The notes below the pieces were generated by a model. That model had not been told where the DNA came from. It made no database searches and saw only the letters and a list, made by a program, of their open reading frames with translations. From the NCBI GenBank assembly GCA_965249055.1, contig CBDFKX010000002.1, forward strand, positions 3,021,800-3,085,799: 64,000 bases of DNA, given 5' to 3'. Shown in pieces: positions 18,629-27,724 of this stretch. Position 1 is the stretch's first letter. Every line of letters begins with the position of its first letter. A program made the translations under genes and the position numbers. The DNA comes from Candidatus Aldehydirespiratoraceae bacterium. GTDB lineage: Bacteria > Actinomycetota > Acidimicrobiia > Acidimicrobiales > Aldehydirespiratoraceae.

Positions 18629-19119
18629 CGCCGCGCTCCCTCGGCCCGGCGCGAGCCGATGTGAGCAGCATGACACAGCGCCACAGCGACAGCATCGGCG
18701 ACATCTGCCGGCTTCAGGCGTTTCGGCAAACCCAACAAAGTCTGAACCATCTGGCCAACCTCTTCTTTATCGGCGCCTCCCCAACCAGCCACAGCCTGTT
18801 TGACCTCATTGGGCGAGTACTCAACTACCGAGCAACCCGCTGACACCGCTTCAACCATGATTATCCCGCTGACCATACCTACCGACATCGCGGTCAGGGC
18901 GTTCTGTTGAAACAACACGCGTTCTATAGCCACTACTTCGGGCTTGAGTTCACCAATCAGAGCCCGGATCTCTCGTTGAATCTCCGCTAGCCGCAAGGGA
19001 CGCTCGACACCCGGATCTGTGCGAATCACACCTGCCGCGACTGCTCGGGGCTTGCGACCGTGTTCGACGCAGCCGTAACCACAGCGCGACAAACCAGGAT
19101 CGATTCCTAGCACGAACAT
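18625..19119 (-). CDS. ruvC: Crossover junction endodeoxyribonuclease RuvC
   Basis: 164 aa with an N-terminus VLGIDPGLSRCGYG and a conserved acidic catalytic pattern, located in the ruvCAB operon. Confidence 0.9.
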   Translation of the reverse strand: MFVLGIDPGLSRCGYGCVEHGRKPRAVAAGVIRTDPGVERPLRLAEIQREIRALIGELKPEVVAIERVLFQQNALTAMSVGMVSGIIMVEAVSAGCSVVEYSPNEVKQAVAGWGGADKEEVGQMVQTLLGLPKRLKPADVADAVAVALCHAAHIGSRRAEGARR

Positions 19120-19199
19120 ACGTACGACTCTAGTCGCCGTTGTCGACCTAGGCGCGGCATACGCCGACAGCTGCGTGCCGGCAAGACCGACCGCGGGAC

Positions 19200-19952
19200 T
19201 CAGCCTGCTCGGACAGACTCCATGAGGTCCGCAGCAGCCTCTGAATTGTCCTGAACGTCCTGAACATCATCAAGGTCATCGAGCACATCAATCAGGTTCA
19301 GCAGCTTCTTGAGATCACCGACATCGGTCATCTCAACTGTCGATGTGGGCAACATCGTCAGATCCGCGAACTCAACAGAAACCTCCGCTCCGTCGAGCGC
19401 GTCACGCACCTCATTGAGATCACCCGGTGCGGTGATAATCCGCCACATCTCCCCTTCGTCGACAATGTCTTCAGCGCCAGCGTCAACGGTGAGCATCATC
19501 AGATCTTCTTCATCAACCGAAATCGGTACGAGTACTACACCCTTGCGTTCGAACTGCCAAGACACTGCGCCCGGCTCGGCCAACGAACCACCGTGTTTAG
19601 TCAGCGTGGAGCGGACCTCGCTGGATGTACGGTTGCGGTTGTCGGTCAGGCATTCGATCAGCAGCGCAATTCCCCCCGGAGCATAGCCCTCATAGGTAAT
19701 TTGCTCATAGTTGACACCCTCCAGCTCGCCGGTTCCCCGCTTGACTGCCCGCTCTATCGTGTCGAGGGGCACTGAGTTGTCACGCGCTTTCTGGTACATC
19801 GTTCGCAGAGTCGGATTTGCGTCAAGGTCACCCCCGCCGGTGCGCGCCGCAACCTCTACCTGCTTGATCAACTTGGCGAAGAGCTTCCCCCGCTTGGCGT
19901 CTGCGGCGCCCTTGCGGTGCTTGATCGTTGCCCATTTGGAATGACCACTCAT
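19200..19952 (-). CDS. yebC: YebC/PmpR family DNA-binding transcriptional regulator
   Basis: 250 aa starting MSGHSKWATIKHRKGAADAKRGKLFAKL, which is diagnostic of the family. Confidence 0.92.
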   Translation of the reverse strand: MSGHSKWATIKHRKGAADAKRGKLFAKLIKQVEVAARTGGGDLDANPTLRTMYQKARDNSVPLDTIERAVKRGTGELEGVNYEQITYEGYAPGGIALLIECLTDNRNRTSSEVRSTLTKHGGSLAEPGAVSWQFERKGVVLVPISVDEEDLMMLTVDAGAEDIVDEGEMWRIITAPGDLNEVRDALDGAEVSVEFADLTMLPTSTVEMTDVGDLKKLLNLIDVLDDLDDVQDVQDNSEAAADLMESVRAG

Positions 19953-19988
19953 AAAAGAAAATCTACTCCTTTGGTGTTGCCGACGCGA

Positions 19989-20597
19989 CTATGACCTGGT
20001 CGCGTTGAGGTCTTCGGCAATACCTGCTTGTGACAACCAACGACGGTGAAGGCGATTATCACCGGATAGCTCTGGATGAAAGGCAGCAACGGTGACTGGG
20101 CCTTTACGGCACAAGACCGGGTAGCCGTCAACTTCGGCGAGCGGCTCGATATCGGGACCGAGCCGGGTAACGACCGGAGATCGAATAAACACTGCATGAA
20201 ATGGTGTGTCCAGCCCAACTATCTCGATGTCAGTCTCGAAACTGTCGATCTGGCGACCGTAGCGGTTGCGCGCCACCGTCATGTCGAGCACTCCCAAGGC
20301 GTGTTGATCATCTCGCCCGTCGCAAATCTCAGAGGCCATCAAAATCAAGCCGGCGCAAGTCCCGAATATCGGTAGACCCTGCTGTGCACGAACCCGCAGC
20401 GGGTCCAGCATCTGCGACCGCTCAAGCAGCATCGACATGGTTGTCGATTCGCCGCCGGGCACTACCAGCGCATCAACCGCTGTCAGCTGATCGGGTGTGC
20501 GGATCTGTTGCGTCGCACACCCCAAAGACTCGAGGATCACCGCGTGAGCGGCGAAGGCACCCTGAAGGGCAAGGACTCCAACTGTTGGTGCTACCAA
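19989..20597 (-). CDS. pdxT: Pyridoxal 5'-phosphate synthase glutaminase subunit PdxT
   Basis: 202 aa with [15 protein letters not shown], the catalytic Cys context GTCAG, and FHPE. Confidence 0.9.
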   Translation of the reverse strand: MVAPTVGVLALQGAFAAHAVILESLGCATQQIRTPDQLTAVDALVVPGGESTTMSMLLERSQMLDPLRVRAQQGLPIFGTCAGLILMASEICDGRDDQHALGVLDMTVARNRYGRQIDSFETDIEIVGLDTPFHAVFIRSPVVTRLGPDIEPLAEVDGYPVLCRKGPVTVAAFHPELSGDNRLHRRWLSQAGIAEDLNATRS

Positions 20598-21493
20598 CCC
20601 CGTTCAGCCAACTTCATGTCGAGCTTTGAGATTTCTTGGCCGGCCATGGCATCGCCAAGGCCAGTCGACACCTTTAGCAAGATTGCTGGATCCTGGTAGT
20701 GAGTTGCCGCCTCCACGATTGCTGATGCCATTTTCGCGGGGCTACTACTCTTGAAAATACCAGAACCGACGAAGACCGCCTGAGCGCCAAGTTGCATCAC
20801 CAGCGAGGCGTCGGCGGGGGTGGCGATGCCGCCAGCGCAAAACATCGGCACTGGGAGCTGTCCGGTTTCGGCAATCTCCTGAATAAGCGGGAGCGGAGCT
20901 TGGAGTTGTTTCGCCCAGTCGAACAGTTCTGCGGAGTCCGCTTGGGTGATTTTGCCGATGTCGCCGACGATTGAGCGAAGATGACGAACCGCCTCCACGA
21001 CATTGCCGGTCCCCGCCTCGCCTTTGGAGCGAATCATGCAAGCCCCTTCGCTGATTCGCCGCAACGCCTCACCCAAATTTGTGGCACCACACACAAACGG
21101 AACCGTGAAAGCCCACTTGTCTATGTGGTGAGCTTCGTCAGCTGGTGTCAGCACCTCTGACTCGTCGATGTAGTCGACACCGATGGCCTCGAGCATCTGT
21201 GCTTCGGCAAAATGGCCGATGCGGGCTTTGGCCATGACCGGTATTGAGACCGCTGCCTGAATGCCCTGGATCATCTCGGGGTCGGACATGCGAGAAACTC
21301 CGCCGTCTTTGCGGATATCGGAGGGCACTCGCTCAAGGGCCATCACCGCGACCGCTCCCGCGTCTTCTGCAATCTTTGCGTGGTCGGCGTTTACGACATC
21401 CATAATGACGCCGCCCTTGAGCATCTCAGCCAAGCCCCGCTTCACGAGGGCTGTCCCAGTCTCGCGTTTGTTGTTCTGTCCCATGCTGACCAT
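20591..21493 (-). CDS. pdxS: Pyridoxal 5'-phosphate synthase lyase subunit PdxS
   Basis: 300 aa with [34 protein letters not shown] and [15 protein letters not shown]. Confidence 0.95.
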   Translation of the reverse strand: MVSMGQNNKRETGTALVKRGLAEMLKGGVIMDVVNADHAKIAEDAGAVAVMALERVPSDIRKDGGVSRMSDPEMIQGIQAAVSIPVMAKARIGHFAEAQMLEAIGVDYIDESEVLTPADEAHHIDKWAFTVPFVCGATNLGEALRRISEGACMIRSKGEAGTGNVVEAVRHLRSIVGDIGKITQADSAELFDWAKQLQAPLPLIQEIAETGQLPVPMFCAGGIATPADASLVMQLGAQAVFVGSGIFKSSSPAKMASAIVEAATHYQDPAILLKVSTGLGDAMAGQEISKLDMKLAERGW

Positions 21494-21564
21494 CTTATGA
21501 CCGTCGCGTCTTTACGACGCAGAAGATTTGTTTGCTCGCCCGCTAGGGCCACGGGCTTTCCCGC

Positions 21565-22731
21565 TCAGGCCAGTGGGCTAGCGGCCCGCGCTGTGTCCAG
21601 CCGTGCCGCGGCCTCCGCGGGATCAAACGTGGCGATGTGAGCCCCGGGGAAGCGAGAACCATCAGCCGCGGCGAGCATGAACCATGTTGAACCGGCCTGC
21701 AAACCAATGATCTCTCCGTTGAGGTCAGTCAAGTTCCACACCGGTGCTTGTTGAGATCGAGTCCAGGTGCCCTCCACGACCTGACCACGCGTAAATACCT
21801 GCACTGGACCGGTATCAAAAGACTGCGCTTCAGGCGATGCGGGATCGGCTGGCGACACCTCGTAGACAACGTGCAGAACCACCACATTCGCGGGAGCGAT
21901 CTCCACCTCTTCGTCACCTCTCAGCGCGGTATGAAGACTTCCGTCCTGCACTCGCACCCAGCCACCCACAGCTGGGTCCCACAGATGAGTGACCTGCCGT
22001 CCGAAACTGGCTTGGTAGGTGATCTCTACGCCTCCGATTTCAGAGCCCACACCTTCGGTAAGTTCGCCGTAGCTCAGCAACGCACTAGGCACGCCGGCAC
22101 CGCTGAAATCGATCATCTCCAAATCAACCCAGAGGTTGTAGGGAGCGGTGCGAGAACCCAGCCGGAAATACGGATCTAGACGTCGCAACGCACCCGCGTC
22201 CACAAAGACTCCCCTGTTTGCTGCCTTGCGTAATTCCGCAAGTGTCGGAGTGTTGGCACCAGAAAACACCAATGCGGGAGTTCCGAGACCGGCTAGCAGC
22301 TCAACATCAGTAGTTCTGGCCGACCGAACCGGTCCGGCCTGAAGAGGTACCTGAGATTGGAAGACAGCCGCGAAACGTGTCTTGAGACCTTCGATCAACT
22401 CTTCATAGACGATGTCGGCTTCCGCCAGTCCCATTTGAGGCCGAGACTGATCGTTGTTATTGCCAATCTTCACTACAAACGCAGAAGCGGTAGCGGCAAC
22501 CGGACTCGCGGCCGGAAGTCCGGTGAATGGCGCGACCGGACCCTCGTAGATAGTGGTGGTGACGACAGAATCTGCCAGCGTGGTGCTGGAAGCCGTGTCG
22601 GTTTGAGGTTCAACCGCTGATTCATCTTCAGGCGCAATGACCTCAACCCCATTTCCATCTCCAAGACACGCACCTGCAAAGAACGCGAACAACACGGTTA
22701 TTGCCAACAACTCGACCCTGGGGCGCATCAC
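21565..22731 (-). CDS. DUF3048-type lipoprotein
   Basis: 388 aa with a lipobox (FFAGAC) and the motif RPQMGLAEADIVYEELIEGLKTRFAAVF, typical of the YerB/DUF3048 family. Confidence 0.7.
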   Translation of the reverse strand: MMRPRVELLAITVLFAFFAGACLGDGNGVEVIAPEDESAVEPQTDTASSTTLADSVVTTTIYEGPVAPFTGLPAASPVAATASAFVVKIGNNNDQSRPQMGLAEADIVYEELIEGLKTRFAAVFQSQVPLQAGPVRSARTTDVELLAGLGTPALVFSGANTPTLAELRKAANRGVFVDAGALRRLDPYFRLGSRTAPYNLWVDLEMIDFSGAGVPSALLSYGELTEGVGSEIGGVEITYQASFGRQVTHLWDPAVGGWVRVQDGSLHTALRGDEEVEIAPANVVVLHVVYEVSPADPASPEAQSFDTGPVQVFTRGQVVEGTWTRSQQAPVWNLTDLNGEIIGLQAGSTWFMLAAADGSRFPGAHIATFDPAEAAARLDTARAASPLA

Positions 22732-23474
22732 AGCTCTCTCAGAGCGTCAATACGATCCTGCAGCGGTGGCTGCACTCCTTTTGTGCCGTCCAGTGGTCCA
22801 ATCATCCACAGATGCCGGGTGGCGCGAGTACCAGCAACACCACTGCCAAGCGCCGCCTTCTCGAAAGCTCCGGCCAGCGCAGGCGGGTATCTGGTCATTA
22901 GCACGCCCTGCACATCGGTGAGCGCTAGCCGCTGACTGTCCAGTTGAACTCGACGCATCGTCCTCGCCAACGGGCCGAGTAGCGGGCCGACCGATGCCAA
23001 AGTCGTGGCGGCATGAACACCAGCCCCGAACTGGGCTAGCTGGCGCGCTACCACCGCTTCAAGTTCCAATCTATTCAGTTGACGCAATGCCCCTGTCGTG
23101 ACCACAAATTGCGTGTCGTTACCTCGCCCGACCACAGCCGCGTCCAACGCTTGCGAATCGACCAAATGCAGGTTGGGCTCTGCGATTCCGTGACTTGCGC
23201 ACATGCTTGCCACGAGGCTCTCAAGACGCGGCTCCATCCCCTCTCCAAGTGGCTCAGCGCCCATAGTCGAAAGGATCGCTCGCGGGGCGCGTCGATCAAG
23301 GACCATCACCATCCCAACAACAGTCACAAGCCCAGCTAGGACACCGACAACAATCCTCAGGTCAAAAGGTGCTAGCAACGAAAAACCCACTGCCACGACC
23401 AAACCGACGACAACTGCCGGGATCAAAAAAACCAATCGGGGTGCCGCAGTGGGCATAGGGGGTACTCTCCGCAA
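22728..23474 (-). CDS. M48/HtpX-like membrane protein lacking the HExxH metal site (predicted pseudo-peptidase)
   Basis: 248 aa with two N-terminal TM helices. The sequence aligns by eye with HtpX, but HELSH is replaced by RQLAQ (LNRLELEAVVARQLAQ). The C-terminal HPP..ERI signature is degenerate (QPPLQDRIDALREL). Confidence 0.65.
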   Translation of the reverse strand: MRRVPPMPTAAPRLVFLIPAVVVGLVVAVGFSLLAPFDLRIVVGVLAGLVTVVGMVMVLDRRAPRAILSTMGAEPLGEGMEPRLESLVASMCASHGIAEPNLHLVDSQALDAAVVGRGNDTQFVVTTGALRQLNRLELEAVVARQLAQFGAGVHAATTLASVGPLLGPLARTMRRVQLDSQRLALTDVQGVLMTRYPPALAGAFEKAALGSGVAGTRATRHLWMIGPLDGTKGVQPPLQDRIDALREL

Positions 23475-23559
23475 GATCTGTCAGTCCGCGGTAATGAGGG
23501 CCGCGAGTCGGTTCGTGGTGTGCCTCAGAATATCGGCGTTCACCGCACTCAGCGCGGAC

Positions 23560-24630
23560 TCACCGCAGTAGTGCCGCGTAACGCCCTAGGTAGAGATCGG
23601 CGAGCCTGACCATCGAGAACTCATCAGCTCTCTCATTGGCCGAGGCAACAAGTTCGCAAACCCTGGTTTTGTCTCGCAGCAACTCGCCGATCACACCGGC
23701 TAGCGCCTTGTAATCGCCAGCGGGAAACAACAGCGCATCACGTCCATGCCTAGCCGCGTTGGCGTAACCACCGATATCAGAGGCGACTACAGGCGTGCCC
23801 GCCGCCATCCCCTCAAGTAGAACCAGCCCGAACGACTCGCCGAACAAGGAAGGGGCACAAAAGACGTCTGCACCGCGGAGCCGGGCGATCTTCTCGGTCT
23901 CGTCGATCGAACCCAACCACTCCAGCCTTGAGTCGTCGCCGTACTGCGTCTTTAGTTTCTGCGTCTCAGGGCCGCTGCCCGCGATCCAGACGCGAGTATC
24001 GGACGGAAGCAACTTCACTGCCTCAAGCAGAACTTGCAGTCCTTTTCGCTCTTCGTGTCGACCTATGAACAACACGGTGGGACGATCGGTGGCGTAAGCC
24101 GGACTCTTCCGATAACGGCTGACCTCAACCCCATTGAAGAGAATGTGATACTCACCACCAAGATGTTCCATAGCGAGCTTGCGAGCATCCTCAGAGACCA
24201 CCACACGATCGTCTAGCCGACGAGCCAGATAGCGCACCGCCTTGGGCATCAGTTCGTACGACAATGATCGGCCCGCGGCATGAAACGTGCCGATCAACGG
24301 CGCGGGGTGGGTCAGCAACGCAGTCGTCGTCGGCCCCGGCGCGAGCGGCTCATGCAAGTGAATGACATCGAAAGCTTCATCGCGCATCGCTCGAATGACA
24401 CGAAGCTGAGCGGAGGGATCTGGTGCCACCGGGGCGATCGATCCGTTAGCCGACGCCGGCAAACTCAGACCCAGCGGAGTCACGCCCGCGTCCGGTGGCG
24501 GTCCATCGCAAGGCGCCAACACCCGTACCGCGTGACCGCGACGCCGCAACGCCCGGGCCAACGCCAACACTTGCGATTGAACCCCGCCGGGCATAGTCAG
24601 GCTGTAGGGACAGATCAATCCAATGCGCAT
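23560..24630 (-). CDS. pimA: GT4 glycosyltransferase, phosphatidylinositol alpha-mannosyltransferase-like
   Basis: 356 aa with a GT-B/GT4 E-x7-E region (GESFGLVLLEGMAAGTPVVAS). It lies directly downstream of the pgsA and acyltransferase genes, as in the actinobacterial PIM cluster. Confidence 0.75.
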   Translation of the reverse strand: MRIGLICPYSLTMPGGVQSQVLALARALRRRGHAVRVLAPCDGPPPDAGVTPLGLSLPASANGSIAPVAPDPSAQLRVIRAMRDEAFDVIHLHEPLAPGPTTTALLTHPAPLIGTFHAAGRSLSYELMPKAVRYLARRLDDRVVVSEDARKLAMEHLGGEYHILFNGVEVSRYRKSPAYATDRPTVLFIGRHEERKGLQVLLEAVKLLPSDTRVWIAGSGPETQKLKTQYGDDSRLEWLGSIDETEKIARLRGADVFCAPSLFGESFGLVLLEGMAAGTPVVASDIGGYANAARHGRDALLFPAGDYKALAGVIGELLRDKTRVCELVASANERADEFSMVRLADLYLGRYAALLR

Positions 24631-25538
24631 CAGAGTTCCCGCAAGTGCTCGGGCAGTGGCAGGCCGAGTAGCTCATAGTCACTGGGCCAGTTAGGCGACA
24701 GCATGTGCCATTGCTCTGGTGCCTGTGATATCAGAAACTCAAAATCTCTCGCCAAATCCTGAGTTACACGGGCGATGTCTTGGCGAAGCTTGCCGCGTCG
24801 TGTGGTATCGAGCGGCGGGGTGGAAATGGCATGCCGAGTGTTATCGCGCCAATACACCGCCGAGGGAATCAGCGGCGATCCAGTCCTCAAAGCCAAAGTT
24901 GCGGGTCCGGCTGGGAGCGTGGTTTTTTCGCCGAAGAACTCAACCGGGATGCCGTTGCCCTGAATGTCTCGATCCGCCAACAGGCACAACACTTGACCCT
25001 GTTTCAGCGCTTGAATGCTGGTCTTGGCGGCGTCGGGTCCGAGGGGCACGATATTCATGCCCAACGACTCGCGGAATCCAACGAACCACTCAAACAATTC
25101 TGGCGGCTCGAGCGGCTCCACCACTGCGGTGACCTTGAATTCAGGCACCAGGGCCAGCCACCATGCCGCCCATTCCCAGGTCCCGAGATGGGGCAACGCC
25201 AGAATCGGCCCTTGACCGCGTTCCACAGCCGCGGCGATCTCACCGAACCCCTCGAAACCGAATCCCCGATCGATTTCCTCGACCGGCACACTCGGCAAAC
25301 GGAAACTCTCGGCGTAATAGCGGGTGTACCACTCGAAGGTCTTGGCGACGCGACGACGCGTCTCGGTAGAAGACATGGGTCGCCTGAGCACCCGCTCAAG
25401 ATTACGAGCCGCGACCAGTCGCTTCTGCCCAGTGTTCGCCGAAGCAGCCCCCACAGCACGCGCCACCGCGTTTTGGACGACAACCGGCACATGGCGGGCC
25501 AACAGCGACCCCGCCCGATAGGCGGAGACCGATGCCAC
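24630..25538 (-). CDS. patA: HtrB/LpxL-family acyltransferase (PIM acyltransferase-like)
   Basis: 302 aa lysophospholipid acyltransferase-like protein (ILALPHLGTWEWA). It sits between pgsA and pimA, the same position as M. tuberculosis Rv2611c. Confidence 0.65.
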   Translation of the reverse strand: MASVSAYRAGSLLARHVPVVVQNAVARAVGAASANTGQKRLVAARNLERVLRRPMSSTETRRRVAKTFEWYTRYYAESFRLPSVPVEEIDRGFGFEGFGEIAAAVERGQGPILALPHLGTWEWAAWWLALVPEFKVTAVVEPLEPPELFEWFVGFRESLGMNIVPLGPDAAKTSIQALKQGQVLCLLADRDIQGNGIPVEFFGEKTTLPAGPATLALRTGSPLIPSAVYWRDNTRHAISTPPLDTTRRGKLRQDIARVTQDLARDFEFLISQAPEQWHMLSPNWPSDYELLGLPLPEHLREL

Positions 25539-25540
25539 GG

Positions 25541-26236
25541 TCAGCCTTCGCGCAGTGTCCGACGTTCACGCATTCGCTGAGCCCAAGCCGACTCGTTGCG
25601 TCTACGCGAGCGTTGGCGAGGCTGGCGCCGAGGCCGACGGGCCGGAAGGGGTCTGTCTATGGACGCCTGACGCCATACCTTGACGAAACGCTGCAGCGCA
25701 GTAACCCCAGTGAGGGCGAGCATGATCCACAGGATCGGTATGAGGACCTCGGGGAACAGCAGGGCCAAAGCAAGCATGATGACGCGCTCGGCCCGTTCCA
25801 TGATCCCGCCTTTGGCCTCATAACCGAGCGACTCGGCCTTGGCCCGCTGGTACGAGACAAACATCGCCAAAGCCATGATCGCCACCGGCAACATCATGAT
25901 TCGACCCGGCTCGGTGCTAGCTAGGTGCCAGGCGACTCCACCGAACAAGAGAGCATCGGTCAGCCGGTCAGAGACAGAATCGAAATAGGCACCCCTATCG
26001 GACCCGGAATCAGCGGCGCGCGCCACTGCTCCATCAAGAGCGTCAGAGATGCCGGTGATCAACAGGAAAAGCAAGCCGATTCGGAGATAGCCGGCACCGA
26101 TCGTCACTGCTGCGACGGTCGCCATGACAATCCCGACGATTGTGATGACGTCGGGGGTGACGCCTGTGCGACGCAAACTGTGACCAATGGGGGTGAGGCT
26201 TCGGTCAACTGCCGTGCGCCAGTTTCCGTCGAACAT
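25541..26236 (-). CDS. pgsA: CDP-alcohol phosphatidyltransferase (phosphatidylinositol-phosphate synthase-like)
   Basis: 231 aa polytopic membrane protein with the CDP-alcohol motif DALDGAVAR...G...D...D. Confidence 0.85.
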   Translation of the reverse strand: MFDGNWRTAVDRSLTPIGHSLRRTGVTPDVITIVGIVMATVAAVTIGAGYLRIGLLFLLITGISDALDGAVARAADSGSDRGAYFDSVSDRLTDALLFGGVAWHLASTEPGRIMMLPVAIMALAMFVSYQRAKAESLGYEAKGGIMERAERVIMLALALLFPEVLIPILWIMLALTGVTALQRFVKVWRQASIDRPLPARRPRRQPRQRSRRRNESAWAQRMRERRTLREG

Positions 26237-26293
26237 GAAACGCTCCTCGCGGGGACGATTTCACGATAGCAGCACGTTGGGCACGATCCCAGG

Positions 26294-27070
26294 GTGCCGC
26301 TGACGCAGCCGCGTGAGGGACTCCCAGATTGGCTGGAGTTGCAACGGTTTAGCCGGTCTTCTAGGTATTTCACTGGGCCTGTTCAGTGGTCGGTTGACAA
26401 TGACATCAGCAATATTGGCGGGAATTGTTTTCTGCCCGATGAGCCAGTGTCTCGTGGCGAGACGGCGCTCTATCTCTGGAGCATGGAAGGCCAACCCGCG
26501 TTTGAATTTGGACATTCGTTCGTAGATGTGACTGTCGAAGCCCAGAATACTGCAATTACCTGGTTGTCCGAGACCGAAATAACCACCGGAACCTCCGACA
26601 CTGAGTTCTCGCCTCAAAACACCTTGAGGCGTGCTGAGATAGCGGCGTTTTTGCATCGTTTGGCCGGCGAACCGGACGCAGACCCGCATCCGTTCGTTGA
26701 TGTCCTAGCCGGTTGGCAACAAGCACCCGTTTCGTGGCTGGTAGCTTCTGGAATCACCACCGGAACGTCGCCGACAACGTTTTCGCCTGACGACAGGCTG
26801 ACCCGCGCTCAACTCGTCACGTTGTTGTGGCGCTACCAAGGCAAACCGGAAGTGACCGTCGATCCCTCCTCGCCAGTGTGTGATTCCAGGTTCAATGCCG
26901 TCAGCGCCGGTTGGTATCACAGTTGTGGTTTGCGCAGCGACGACTCAATCATCTGCTGGGGCGCCAACCTCTCAGGGCGGGCTGACGCACCCGAGGGCAG
27001 CTTCAAAGCCATCGCCACCGGAACGACTCAATCATCTGCTGGGGGCCGGTACCTACACCGCGGGGTGTGA
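26294..27070 (+). pseudogene. Truncated remnant of the SLH/RCC1-blade family, lacking a signal peptide and broken in the second blade
   Basis: Homology to the other two family members begins only at about 26370 (YFTGPVQWSVDNDI), so the signal peptide and first residues are missing. Three SLH repeats are retained. After one blade (WYHSCGLRSDDSIICWGANLSGRADAPEGSF) the frame breaks: acgactcaatcatctgctgggg at 27011 repeats 26939 in another frame. A stop follows at 27068. Confidence 0.7.
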
Positions 27071-27083
27071 GATGGTTGTGATC

Positions 27084-27623
27084 TCAGGTGCGTAGGTTGG
27101 TCCAGTCTTCGGGGTTCTGTTCGACGAATCTGTCGATGATCTCACCGTCGATACCGTCTACTAGCACCAGTCCCCGATGTGTCGGCGAAGGTTCGTTGCT
27201 GTAGAGAAGCACCCTCCAGGTGGGCCGACTCCGTAGACCTCGCCATCCAAGCTGCGCCGACGCGTGACCAACCGGGAAACCAACGTCACGCGCCGCTGCC
27301 TGCAACGCCTGCTCCTCGTCGAAGGACAGATCCCAACCACCCTGAGCGTGATAAAGACCCACCAGGATCAAAATAATCCCAGCCACGAGCACTCCGTTGT
27401 TGACGAACGAGTCCTTCACAACGGGCGTGTCTTCGCCGACCGTGAGGCTCCCCAGGACGCAAACGGTGCCGATCAACACGTACAAAACCGCCGGAATACG
27501 ACGCCTGCTGTTGTTCGGAAAAAGATACGGCTCCGCAACCGCGCTGGGGTCAAGATCCGCCGGAAGCGAATCGCGGAGTTCGTCATCTCGTTTTGTTTCG
27601 CCCGTAGCGTGGTCGTCGTTCAC
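27084..27623 (-). CDS. Hypothetical membrane protein (two predicted TM helices)
   Basis: 179-aa ORF on the backbone strand. Hydrophobic segments IPAVLYVLIGTVCVLGSL and GVLVAGIILILVGLY are present, but I recognise no family motif. Confidence 0.5.
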   Translation of the reverse strand: MNDDHATGETKRDDELRDSLPADLDPSAVAEPYLFPNNSRRRIPAVLYVLIGTVCVLGSLTVGEDTPVVKDSFVNNGVLVAGIILILVGLYHAQGGWDLSFDEEQALQAAARDVGFPVGHASAQLGWRGLRSRPTWRVLLYSNEPSPTHRGLVLVDGIDGEIIDRFVEQNPEDWTNLRT

Positions 27624-27724
27624 GGAAGTGAGCCTAGCTTTAGCCTGGTTTCATTGATGCTCGGGCCATGACCGTGTTGGGAGTAGTGTCTTCGCGGTTC
27701 GATTCCATTGAGTTTTGAGGGACG

